Counted from the stretch's first letter, positions 16,240 to 24,902 are shown. The stretch is 44,220 bases of DNA from Thermodesulfobacteriota bacterium (GCA_046753505.1 JBHHTR010000002.1:1-44220); one strand, 5' to 3'. Notes: generated by a model from the sequence alone, not told the origin. Numbers and translations are program-made.

Positions 16240-16685
16240 TTCTCACACAAAGGCACTAAGGCACAAAGAATTACTCTACTTCTCCATTTAGGATTCGTGA
16301 GATACCGTTCTTCATTAACTCTTCTCCAAAGTTCAGCAGGTATCCAAGCTTCATTCCGGTTAGTCGTAAATAAGTCAACACCTGCTTCTTGTGAGCTTTG
16401 GTGGCACGTTCGACTGATTTCAGTTCCAGTATAACCTTGTTTTCCACGATGATATCCGCGCGAAACCCTTCATTGAGTTTAACGCCGTGGAACTCAATAG
16501 CAACAGGAACCTGGCATTCGACACTCAAACCCCTTTCTCTAAGCTGATGCGCCAAGATTACTTCGTAAACCGATTCGAGCAGGCCAGGCCCAAGCTCCAT
16601 GTGCATATGCACCGCACAGTCAACCACAACCTTGCCTATGTCGTTCTCTGTCACCCCTTTGTGCCTCTGTGCCTTTGTGTGAGAA
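16240..16685. mobile_element. Inverted-repeat-bounded cassette carrying the GxxExxY gene (candidate mobile or processed cassette)
   Basis: The 29-nt arms 16240-16268 (ttctcacacaaaggcactaaggcacaaag) and 16657-16685 (ctttgtgcctctgtgcctttgtgtgagaa) are complementary at 27/29 positions. The gene fills the interior to within 2 nt of each arm. The same arm family recurs at 12050-12416. Confidence 0.5.
16271..16654 (-). CDS. GxxExxY family protein (PD-(D/E)XK nuclease-like)
   Basis: 127 aa. LGPGLLESVYE carries the GxxExxY motif, and ADIIVENKVILELK is a PD-(D/E)XK-like D...ExK core. The start codon is GTG. Confidence 0.85.
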   Translation of the reverse strand: MTENDIGKVVVDCAVHMHMELGPGLLESVYEVILAHQLRERGLSVECQVPVAIEFHGVKLNEGFRADIIVENKVILELKSVERATKAHKKQVLTYLRLTGMKLGYLLNFGEELMKNGISRILNGEVE

Positions 16686-16766
16686 TCATAGACAACTTCA
16701 ATGGCTACAAATTGACTAATTCAATTTAACTTTGCACTCGCTACTGTTTTGACAGTTGTCTTTGTC

Positions 16767-18554
16767 TCAACTGGCCATCATCTCTGATTTAGCTCTCCGT
16801 CCTTTGAGATTATCAGCTCTTTTCCTCTTCATATGTGACTTCCGTATCTCCACCCTCTTGACCTCGGCTACATGTTTTACGAAGCGGGCGGCCCTTCCCG
16901 TAACCCCCTTGTAGTGGGGCAGGTGGTAGAGGGGGCGCTTCATGTCGGGATGGCTCTCCACGTACGCTTTCAACTCTTCGAGGGTGAATCCGCTCTTCTC
17001 AAGGACCTCTTTGAACTCCTTCCGGGCCTTTGTTTTTGCCTCACCGAGGGCCATCTGCACCCTGGAGTGGGCGTTAATCTCACCCTCACCCGATGTCTCG
17101 ATGGGTAGGAATATCATCTTCTTGTAGTGAGAGACTACAGCCGCCTGGACGCCATCGGACTGGGTGCTTGGCAGACAGCCGAAGGGTTTCAGGGATAGGA
17201 CCATGTGGGCCAACTCCTTCTCGGTGTAGTAGATATTCTTCGCCACCTCCAGATGCCCCTCGCCGCCGTCGCTCCTGCTGTGGTAGAAACGGTGGGCGAG
17301 ACGCTCCAACTCCGCCTGGTCTATCAGGTCGTGGGCGGTGCCGCCGAGGGCCTTGATATAACGCCGGTACTCACGGCTGAATATCTTTTCGGTAAGACCG
17401 AGCATGAGCTCCTTCTTCTTGAATCTCTTGAAGTGGCCCAGACGTTTTTTTATTTCCCATTTCTCCGGGGCGGTTGCGCCATCCTTACAGAGTCCCCTGC
17501 GGTCGTGGGCGCTCTGCTTTGCCTTGTGAAGGAGGTAGCTGATCCAGTTGGAGATGGGAGAGATGTCGGCCTCCGCCCCCTCCTTTTCGAGGAAGGCAAA
17601 CATGTTGAAATTGCCGTCACCCTCGGTCGTCTGAGCCCAGAACTCGCCTGTTATCTTGACGACCGGTTTTACCCTGAAGGGGTCGATCTCAATGGTATTG
17701 AGCCGCTCCGCCACATGGCGCAGCCCTGCGGTGTAGTCGTCTCCGTAGAGTTGTGAGATAAATTTCCCGACATAATTGCCGGCCCCATCCATGCCGACAG
17801 TGTTGAGACGTTGCCTTGCCTTTTCAGAAAACTCGAATGGACGCTTCTCTTTTATCGTCTTGTATAGGATTTGCATCGCCTCATCGAGAACTTTGTCCGT
17901 CTCTCCCTTATTCACCTCATAGGGGCGAATCTGATAGGCGAGGCCGTTGATAAGGTCGGCCATCATGAGTGAGTTGATGAAGCCGAGGAAGAAATCCATG
18001 TTAAGCTCCAGTCCGGCCTCGTCGCCCGATTGCTCCATCCCGGCCGCCTGCTGGAAGAGGATGACCCGGAAGCCGCTAAAACCGGCGTTGTCGAGGGCGA
18101 GCCGGTACTCCGCCTCGTACATACCGAAACGGCACGGGCCGCACGACCCGGCAGTGAAGAAGATATAGTTGTCGATAATCTCCTTTTTTGTGAGCCCCTC
18201 CTGCTCCAGTTTCTTGAGGTGCTGAACGAGGTTGCCTACCGTAAAGTAGGTGGGGTTGCACTGGCCGTTGTTGCCGTACTCCTTGCCCATCTGAAAGGAC
18301 TCTACCGTCGGAACGGGGAGGTTCTCTGCCCTGTAGCCGAGGCTTTCCAGGGTGCCCTTGCTCAGCAGTTCATGCTTCCACGGCAGCCCCCCGAAGAGGA
18401 TAGTCGTATGGTCACGCTGCTCCTTTGTAAAGAAGGCCTCCTGTGGACGGGTGAAGTGTGATGGCTCCTGTTCACCCTCCTCGTGGAGGTTGGTAGGCTC
18501 CTCGTTCATCGTATCTATATTGTGGTTCCTACTGGCACGCTCTGTCTGTTCCAT
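16767..18554 (-). CDS. 2-hydroxyacyl-CoA dehydratase / benzoyl-CoA reductase subunit-like protein (partner of the activase fusion)
   Basis: 595 aa. FFTAGSCGPCRFGMYEAEY and SLKPFGCLPS Cys motifs are typical of HgdB/BcrC-like and activase-related proteins. It is co-oriented with 12718..16182. Confidence 0.65.
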   Translation of the reverse strand: MEQTERASRNHNIDTMNEEPTNLHEEGEQEPSHFTRPQEAFFTKEQRDHTTILFGGLPWKHELLSKGTLESLGYRAENLPVPTVESFQMGKEYGNNGQCNPTYFTVGNLVQHLKKLEQEGLTKKEIIDNYIFFTAGSCGPCRFGMYEAEYRLALDNAGFSGFRVILFQQAAGMEQSGDEAGLELNMDFFLGFINSLMMADLINGLAYQIRPYEVNKGETDKVLDEAMQILYKTIKEKRPFEFSEKARQRLNTVGMDGAGNYVGKFISQLYGDDYTAGLRHVAERLNTIEIDPFRVKPVVKITGEFWAQTTEGDGNFNMFAFLEKEGAEADISPISNWISYLLHKAKQSAHDRRGLCKDGATAPEKWEIKKRLGHFKRFKKKELMLGLTEKIFSREYRRYIKALGGTAHDLIDQAELERLAHRFYHSRSDGGEGHLEVAKNIYYTEKELAHMVLSLKPFGCLPSTQSDGVQAAVVSHYKKMIFLPIETSGEGEINAHSRVQMALGEAKTKARKEFKEVLEKSGFTLEELKAYVESHPDMKRPLYHLPHYKGVTGRAARFVKHVAEVKRVEIRKSHMKRKRADNLKGRRAKSEMMAS

Positions 18555-18617
18555 CTCTTACTCTCTCTTTCTTTAGATGTCTACGTTGTTTAGATAGTTA
18601 TTGTTGCATGTGATGTG

Positions 18618-19538
18618 TTATTCGTTATTACTGATTTTTGCACCTTTAGATTGATTATGGTAACTACATAGCAACTCTCCATTATCTAAGATTGTTCTAC
18701 CGCCTTTAGCATGCGGGATAACATGGTCGGCTTGATAATTAGACCAGCTTACCTTCGCTTCATTTTCTGATTTCTCTTCTTTTAAACACTGTTGGCAAAA
18801 TCCTTTTCCTTTTCGGTAAATAATAATTCTCTCCAGCTCTGTGAATGCTCTTTTTGCATCCTTCTCAATGAGTTCAATATGATGTTCTTTCAGGTACTCG
18901 AAAAAGACTTGGCGCAATATTCTATCTCTTGTCTCTAAATCCTTTTCCCCTTGCTGTCTCCTATTGCTAAATGTCAGTAAATCGGTATCAGTAGATTCAT
19001 CATAAGTTTTCCAGCGATTATGGTAATAGTAGATAAATTCACGAACAGTCGTCCTGATTTTTTCATCAAGCACATAGTATTTACGCAAATGCCTAATGAG
19101 CAAATAAATTGATATAATAAGATACTCTACTGACAACTCCTTAATTCCTGACTTGGAATCTAACATTGGATCGTCTTTGAATATCTCATAGAATACTTTT
19201 AAGGTCTGCCGTGTAGCACTCGCTTCTGGTTTATTTTCAAAATCAAGATTACCAATGCCATCGTCTTGTTTGGCGTTATTAATGAATTCTTCAATCTTTT
19301 TGTCACTTAAATCAGCATAGCCACCACCTTGCTCAATCATGAGGAAACGAGCCATAAATTGAAGGTGCTTCATGCGTATGTTGTCTACATTCAATAGCGT
19401 GAAAAATGGTTCCTTGTCCGGGTTGTTATCTATAGGCTCATAATTTTCATAATTAAAAGTTTGATCATCGGCATACTTGACGATGAAATTTCTTGTAAGG
19501 CTTGATAGTTGTGCATGAGCCACCTCCATGTAATTCAA
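18618..19538 (-). CDS. C-terminal part of a GmrSD-like DUF262-HNH protein (HNH nuclease end); it follows an in-frame TAA, so this is either a split gene or a pseudogene fragment
   Basis: The C-terminal HNH motif is DHVIPHAKGGRTILDNGELLCSYHNQSKG. It is in the same frame as and contiguous with 19539..20024. The only starts are a TTG at 19538 or an ATG at 19529. The region is AT-rich. Confidence 0.6.
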   Translation of the reverse strand: MNYMEVAHAQLSSLTRNFIVKYADDQTFNYENYEPIDNNPDKEPFFTLLNVDNIRMKHLQFMARFLMIEQGGGYADLSDKKIEEFINNAKQDDGIGNLDFENKPEASATRQTLKVFYEIFKDDPMLDSKSGIKELSVEYLIISIYLLIRHLRKYYVLDEKIRTTVREFIYYYHNRWKTYDESTDTDLLTFSNRRQQGEKDLETRDRILRQVFFEYLKEHHIELIEKDAKRAFTELERIIIYRKGKGFCQQCLKEEKSENEAKVSWSNYQADHVIPHAKGGRTILDNGELLCSYHNQSKGAKISNNE

Positions 19539-20024
19539 TTATTCTCCCTGTTGCAACCTCCAAAATATCTCAGTGGCGATAATTTGATGATTTACATCGT
19601 GTGGCTTGTCAATATTTTTTATTACATCCGCTTGGTATTTGAGAGATTTATCAATAAATTTCCTAATGTCTGTGTCTAGGTCATTGTAATACAAACCAGG
19701 TAAGCTTTTATCCACATCAGAAAGAGTTTTTGGTAATGGATATTGATTACTAAAAAATTCTTGGACGGTCGTTATTCGTTGTTGCCCATCAATGATTTCA
19801 TTTACCGTTTGATACTCTGAGAGCCGAACTTCACGTATAACGAGTTTAGGAATGTAGAAACGTCGAAAAAGGCTGTCCATAAGGGACTGTTTCTTGACTT
19901 TCGACCATACTGATTTGCGTTGATAAGGCGGGCGGGTTACATAATCTTCCTTGTAGTCGAAGAAATCCTTAATACTAATATCTGTAGAAACAACTGTATA
20001 TTCTGACTTCGGATTAAATGGCAT
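19539..20024 (-). CDS. N-terminal DUF262 (ParB/Srx-like) domain of a GmrSD-like protein, ended by an in-frame TAA at 19541-19539
   Basis: PPYQRKSVW and IDGQQR motifs are present. The ORF stops inside the segment IFWRLQQGE*LNYMEVAHA, where intact family members continue. Confidence 0.7.
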   Translation of the reverse strand: MPFNPKSEYTVVSTDISIKDFFDYKEDYVTRPPYQRKSVWSKVKKQSLMDSLFRRFYIPKLVIREVRLSEYQTVNEIIDGQQRITTVQEFFSNQYPLPKTLSDVDKSLPGLYYNDLDTDIRKFIDKSLKYQADVIKNIDKPHDVNHQIIATEIFWRLQQGE

Positions 20025-20235
20025 ATTAATGTATTCCCATTACATTGTACTTTTACACATATTATATTTAGCTTGGTATCGCAACAACTATGCCACATTG
20101 CGTCCAACAGTGGCAAGAGGATAAATACCCTATTATCAAGAGGTTGCCCCTTCTTGGCGAGACGACGGCGCTTTTTGGAAACCGAAGATGCTTATCTTAT
20201 CAGATACAGCGTATCTTATGCAATACTGTTTGGAC

Positions 20236-22308
20236 CTAGATTTCAAGTTGGCGGATCAGACGTGAGAGGTAGGTGCGCTGGAGGCCCAGCAGCTCTGCCG
20301 CCTGCGTCCGGTTCCCATTTGTCCGTGCCAGAGCCTCCTCGATAACACGCCGTTTGTGTCCCTCTACCGTCTCGTGGAAGGGGATGATCCTGCCACCCTC
20401 CGCAGGTGGTGCTGGCGTTCCGATGTCATGGATGATGATGTCGTTTCTCGTGATCCGGTTATCGCTGTCGAGAACTACGGCGCTCTCAATGACATTTTTC
20501 AGCTCCCTGATGTTGCCGGGCCAGGTGTGGTTTTCGAGGAGTACTACCGCCTCACGGGTGAGGGTCGGTTTCTCTTTTTTGCACTTTTTACTGAAGAGGG
20601 CGAGGAAGTGGTCAACGAGGAGTAGTATGTCTTCACGCCGTTCACGAAGGGGGGGGATTTGAAGGGAGATGACATGGAGGCGGTAGTAGAGGTCGCTCCT
20701 GAAGCTGCCAGTGTCAACGAGTTCTTTGAGATCCCGGTTGGTAGCGGAGATGATGCGCACGTCAATGGGGATCGACTCCCGTCCTCCGACACGACGAATC
20801 TCCTCCTCCTCCAGGACGCGGAGGAGCTTTACCTGCATGGCGAGCGATATCTCCCCCACCTCGTCGAGGAGGAGGGTGCCGCCGTGAGCGGTCTCGAAGA
20901 TCCCCTTCTTCATTGCATGGGCACCGGTAAAGGCCCCCTTCTCGTACCCGAAGAGTTCCGCTTCTAGGAGGCTCTCCGTCAGGACGGCGCAGTTTATGGC
21001 GAAGAATCTCTCGTTCCGACGGGGAGAGAGTTGGTGGATAGCCCTTGCCAGAAGCTCCTTACCCGTACCGGTCTCTCCAACGGCAAGGACGGTTGATTCG
21101 GCCCTGGCAACGAGCTTGACTTGCTCGAAGAGGCGCTGCATCGCCGGCCCTTTCCCGATCATCCCCAGAAAGTCGCTCTCCTGCCGGATGGTGGAGCGCA
21201 GCTTTTCGTTTGTCCTCGCCAGCGCCTCGTTCTCTATCGTGGAGCGGAGCACCCTTGTCTGTGTCTCCCTGAGCCCCCGGATGTAGTAGAAGAGGAGGGG
21301 CACGATATCGGCCTTGGCCTTGGCGATAAAGGGAAGCTCCATTGGCGCCTTTCGCTGTCTCCACCGGTAACGATAGCGTGAATAGGGGGCATTATAGAAC
21401 CTGCCCTGCTGAAAGGTGTAGGTTAAGGGGCCGCTCTTTAATGTTCCGCCCCTGACAATCTCATAGACTCCATCTTCGTCACCCAGCTCCTGCGCCGATG
21501 CCTGGGCCGTCTTTTTTTGAGGGGCGATGATCGATGCTGTGCCGTCAATGGGGGCAACTACCAGCTCCTCGTTGTCCACAAGGGTATCGTGGGGAATGGT
21601 GATCTCCTCGCTCTCCAGGAAGGCTCGCCGCGCCGTCACTGCCACATCCCCGGTGGCCGACTCGACGATGGAGACACTCTCTCCACTCTGTTCAAGGCGG
21701 TAGTTTCCAAACTCTCTAACGATGGTTTCGAGTTCCAGCTGTGACACCTCCTCGCCACAGGCGGTATCATCAACGTAGTCGAAGAGCCTGGCAAAGCCCT
21801 CGTAGTTTCCCCTTATGAGATTGACGCTCCCTATAAGCGGCTTCACATCGAGGCCGAAGCGGGAGAGGATGATGAGTTCAGAGTGGCCCGCCTTGGCAGG
21901 TTTAACGGATTGCAGTTTCAGGTAGTTGGTGTAGCCGCCGGCCCACAGGTTTGAGTAGAGGAGTATCTGCTCCACATTGTTGAGGAGCTTCATGATGAGT
22001 TCCAGAATGGAGGGGGCCTGTCGCGGCCTGAAGTAGCTCCTTCCCGCGAGATAGGTGACCTCCTTGCTCCCCGTCGCCTCCTCGGCGGCCTGGATGAGGC
22101 GGACGAGGGCGTGATGGGGCACCCAGTTATTGTAGTCCTTCAGAAAGCCCTTGGGATCGTCTGCTCTGTTGGGTGAATCGCTGCCGTGGAGGATCGCCTG
22201 ATAGTCGATGGCGCTATCTTCACCGCTTTCCTCAAGGTGAAGGATTATCATCCTGGTGAGGAAGCAGCTGACCCACGGCGTTTCATGTTCCATTGTTACG
22301 ATGTCCAT
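20236..22308 (-). CDS. Sigma-54-dependent transcriptional activator (bEBP) with an uncharacterised N-terminal sensor region of about 370 aa
   Basis: AAA+ motifs are GETGTGKELLARAIH, GAFTGA and LLLDEVGE. The C-terminus has a Fis-type HTH (RTQAAELLGLQRTYLSRLIRQL). Confidence 0.9.
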   Translation of the reverse strand: MDIVTMEHETPWVSCFLTRMIILHLEESGEDSAIDYQAILHGSDSPNRADDPKGFLKDYNNWVPHHALVRLIQAAEEATGSKEVTYLAGRSYFRPRQAPSILELIMKLLNNVEQILLYSNLWAGGYTNYLKLQSVKPAKAGHSELIILSRFGLDVKPLIGSVNLIRGNYEGFARLFDYVDDTACGEEVSQLELETIVREFGNYRLEQSGESVSIVESATGDVAVTARRAFLESEEITIPHDTLVDNEELVVAPIDGTASIIAPQKKTAQASAQELGDEDGVYEIVRGGTLKSGPLTYTFQQGRFYNAPYSRYRYRWRQRKAPMELPFIAKAKADIVPLLFYYIRGLRETQTRVLRSTIENEALARTNEKLRSTIRQESDFLGMIGKGPAMQRLFEQVKLVARAESTVLAVGETGTGKELLARAIHQLSPRRNERFFAINCAVLTESLLEAELFGYEKGAFTGAHAMKKGIFETAHGGTLLLDEVGEISLAMQVKLLRVLEEEEIRRVGGRESIPIDVRIISATNRDLKELVDTGSFRSDLYYRLHVISLQIPPLRERREDILLLVDHFLALFSKKCKKEKPTLTREAVVLLENHTWPGNIRELKNVIESAVVLDSDNRITRNDIIIHDIGTPAPPAEGGRIIPFHETVEGHKRRVIEEALARTNGNRTQAAELLGLQRTYLSRLIRQLEI

Positions 22309-22354
22309 TTGGCAAGAGGGGAGAGGTTCACAAGATTATTGCTCTCTACTGTAT

Positions 22355-22604
22355 CCCGCTTTATTCACAAATATGCGCGCGCCATCGCTAAACTACAGGG
22401 ATCGGTTGGTGGGGATCGGACAGCGAGATTTTCCGACACCCGACCCCAGAGAGCCACTGATACGGCACGCCCTCGAAAAATAGCTGGCACATCCAATCTC
22501 TGCGCCTGCCTGTGCGTGGCCGCACCTGTCTGTGTGCGACCCACAGGCAGGCGTAGATAGGCGATCCTCGTTACAATTTATGGGCAATGCATGAATAATA
22601 CAAG
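22355..22604. repeat. MITE-like element, family 2, longest copy, inverted relative to 32773..32951
   Basis: Its reverse complement aligns with copy 32773..32951 through gcgcagagattggat..ccagc and ggcgtgccgta.cagtgg.tctctgg...tcggaaaatc.cgct.tccgatcc...ctgtagt. It carries an extra nested hairpin at 22503-22553 and a 12-nt internal duplication. Confidence 0.7.
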
Positions 22605-22773
22605 TTATGAAAGTATCGCAAGTATCTCAATATTGTCAATGGAAAGCTCAAAGGCTCTCTATAATGTGGGATAAGACTTGACTTTTACCATGATACTGAA
22701 ATAATGGCGACTGGCGCTCTGCCGCAAATAACGTACTGGACTTAATCGAACTATATCAATTGATGGAGGGATT

Positions 22774-23199
22774 ATGAGAAGGCCCCTGTTTGCAATTTCA
22801 TTCCTGTGTATGTGGGTTCTCCTGACCGGAATGAGTCAGCCTCCCCAGGGCAGGATACCGACGCCGGAGATCGATTTTGCCGCTACCTTTATCGATGATC
22901 AGGATATTTCGACCAAGTGCCGTGAGGTAAGCTGGGAGGGGAAGACCTTTTTGACCGGCATGCGGGGGAAGGGGAGTGTTGCGATACCCTTTGAAAAGGT
23001 AAAACGGGTGCTCTTCATAGGAGATGTGCGGGAGGGGAGGAGAGACGCCCAGGTGACATTGCGGGATGGTGAGGTTGTGGCGGTTACCTTTGATAGCGAG
23101 TCCAGAGTCTACGGCATGACCAGTTACGGCAGTTATCAGATTACCGTGAAAAATCTGAAGGAGATCCTCTTCGAAGCAGCTGCGCCTCCACAGGAGTAG
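22774..23199 (+). CDS. Hypothetical exported protein (141 aa)
   Basis: It has an N-terminal hydrophobic signal-like segment and GGAGGG 5 nt upstream of the ATG. I recognise no family. Confidence 0.5.
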   Translation: MRRPLFAISFLCMWVLLTGMSQPPQGRIPTPEIDFAATFIDDQDISTKCREVSWEGKTFLTGMRGKGSVAIPFEKVKRVLFIGDVREGRRDAQVTLRDGEVVAVTFDSESRVYGMTSYGSYQITVKNLKEILFEAAAPPQE

Positions 23200-23291
23200 T
23201 CAGCACTACAAGAACGGTAGCAATCATCGAGGTTGTGGCGGTGGTCACAATGTACACTCCTTACCCCACCGACGTCCTCACATAGAATCCT

Positions 23292-24881
23292 ATGGATAAC
23301 TCAAAATATAAGGCCCTCTTCATCAAGGAGGCGATTGAGCAGATTGCTTCAACTGAAAGCGGTCTCTTGTTGCTTGAGAGCGGCAACGGCACGTCCAAGA
23401 CTATAGACACCATCTTCAGGGGTTTTCACTCCATCAAGGGGATGTCTGCATCTATGGGGTATGATGACATAATGAAGGTATCCCATGCTCTGGAGGATGT
23501 GCTGGGCGTATACAGAACGGAGAGTCGGCTGCCCGCCGGTGAGACCATCACCCTCTTCCTGAAAGGTGTTGACTTTCTAAAAGACATGGTTCAGGCGATC
23601 TCCGATGAGAGTGAGACCACCTTTGATGCCGAGGGCTTTATTGCTTCATTAAAAGGCGTCGGGACAAATGACACTATTGCTGGCAACGTAGAGAAGGAGG
23701 TAGAGTCGCCGATAGAACCGGAGAGCGCTCACAGCCTCGAACTCCCGAAGAGTATCAGTGTAGAGGGGAGCCTCTTCGATAACCTCCTCGCTGTTGTCGG
23801 CGAACTCCTCTCTATCAGGTCCGGCCTGGCGGAGCATAGCGATGGCGCTTCCGAGATGGCATTAGGAGAAGATATTCACCGCCTCGGAGCGACTCTTGAG
23901 ATGCTCTACACCATGATAATGGAGGCGAGAATGCTCCCTGTTTCAGATTTGACCCACAGTCTGCCGAGGATGGTGAGGGACATGAGCAGAGAGTGTGGCA
24001 AGGAGGTGGAGCTTTCGGTGAGCGGTAAGGAGATCAAGCTGGACAAGCTGATCCTTGAGAAGATGGGAGACCCCCTGATTCACCTCGTGAGAAACGCCAT
24101 CGATCACGGTATAGAGTCTAAGGAGGAGCGGCGCAAGAGTGGAAAACCGCCCAAAGGCCGTCTTTCAATAAGCGTTCGGCGAAGGCAGGAAAATGTTGTT
24201 ATGGAGGTAAGGGATGACGGCCGGGGGATCAACACAGCCGCCCTCCGTGAAAAGGCGTTAAAGATGGGCATCTCTCACGACCGGATAGAGGGGATGAGCA
24301 AAAAACAGCTTCTCCTGATGACCTGCCTCCCCGGTTTGAGCCTCGCCAGAGAGGTCACAGAGATATCCGGACGCGGCGTTGGAATGGACATCGTGAGAGA
24401 GAGGGTTGAATCCATCGGAGGCTCCATGGAGATGGACTCAACGGAGGGGAAGGGAACGGTCGTGCGGGCATACCTCCCCCTCTCTGTCTCTATTATAAAG
24501 GTACTTATGATCCACGCCGGGAAGGAGCTCTTTGCCATCCCCCTTGCCCCCATTATACGCATCGTTGAGGTGGATAGTGGCCGTCTCCACCAGTCAGAGC
24601 CGCCTGTGGTGATGCATAACGGCGACCCCGTTGAGGTGAAATTGCTTGCAGAACTCCTTGGCATGGGTTCATCTAATGGTGGAGGGTTGAGAAGGGTAGT
24701 GGTCGTTGATGTCAAGAGGGAGAGGGTCGGTCTGGAGGTTGATGGTACGGGAGAGGAGATTGAGGCATATATCAAACCTCTCCCCCCTCCCCTTTCGCGG
24801 ATGAGAGGGGTTTCCGGCGTTACCATTCTAGGGAGCGGCAGGCCGGTCTTTATCCTCGATCTCCCCTCCCTGCTTCACTAG
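23292..24881 (+). CDS. cheA: CheA-type histidine kinase (HPt, dimerisation, HATPase and CheW-like domains)
   Basis: The HPt motif is FRGFHSIKGMSASMGY. ATP-binding boxes are HLVRNAIDHG, RDDGRGI and GRGVGMD. The C-terminal segment is CheW-like. Confidence 0.85.
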   Translation: MDNSKYKALFIKEAIEQIASTESGLLLLESGNGTSKTIDTIFRGFHSIKGMSASMGYDDIMKVSHALEDVLGVYRTESRLPAGETITLFLKGVDFLKDMVQAISDESETTFDAEGFIASLKGVGTNDTIAGNVEKEVESPIEPESAHSLELPKSISVEGSLFDNLLAVVGELLSIRSGLAEHSDGASEMALGEDIHRLGATLEMLYTMIMEARMLPVSDLTHSLPRMVRDMSRECGKEVELSVSGKEIKLDKLILEKMGDPLIHLVRNAIDHGIESKEERRKSGKPPKGRLSISVRRRQENVVMEVRDDGRGINTAALREKALKMGISHDRIEGMSKKQLLLMTCLPGLSLAREVTEISGRGVGMDIVRERVESIGGSMEMDSTEGKGTVVRAYLPLSVSIIKVLMIHAGKELFAIPLAPIIRIVEVDSGRLHQSEPPVVMHNGDPVEVKLLAELLGMGSSNGGGLRRVVVVDVKRERVGLEVDGTGEEIEAYIKPLPPPLSRMRGVSGVTILGSGRPVFILDLPSLLH

Positions 24882-24902
24882 GGAGCCTCTGAAAAATCGA
24901 CC

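Noticed and set aside
22485-22503. TGGCAC-atcca-atct looks like a sigma-54 -24 element downstream of the activator gene.
   Set aside because: There is no TTGC at the -12 position. The TGGCAC is simply the variant form of the family-2 repeat core, which reads ctggtaaatcc in the other copies.
22712-22726. TGGCGCTCTGCCGCA, upstream of the exported-protein/cheA-like block, is a possible sigma-54 promoter.
   Set aside because: The GG-to-GC spacing is one nucleotide short of the canonical -24/-12 geometry, and both elements deviate from consensus.
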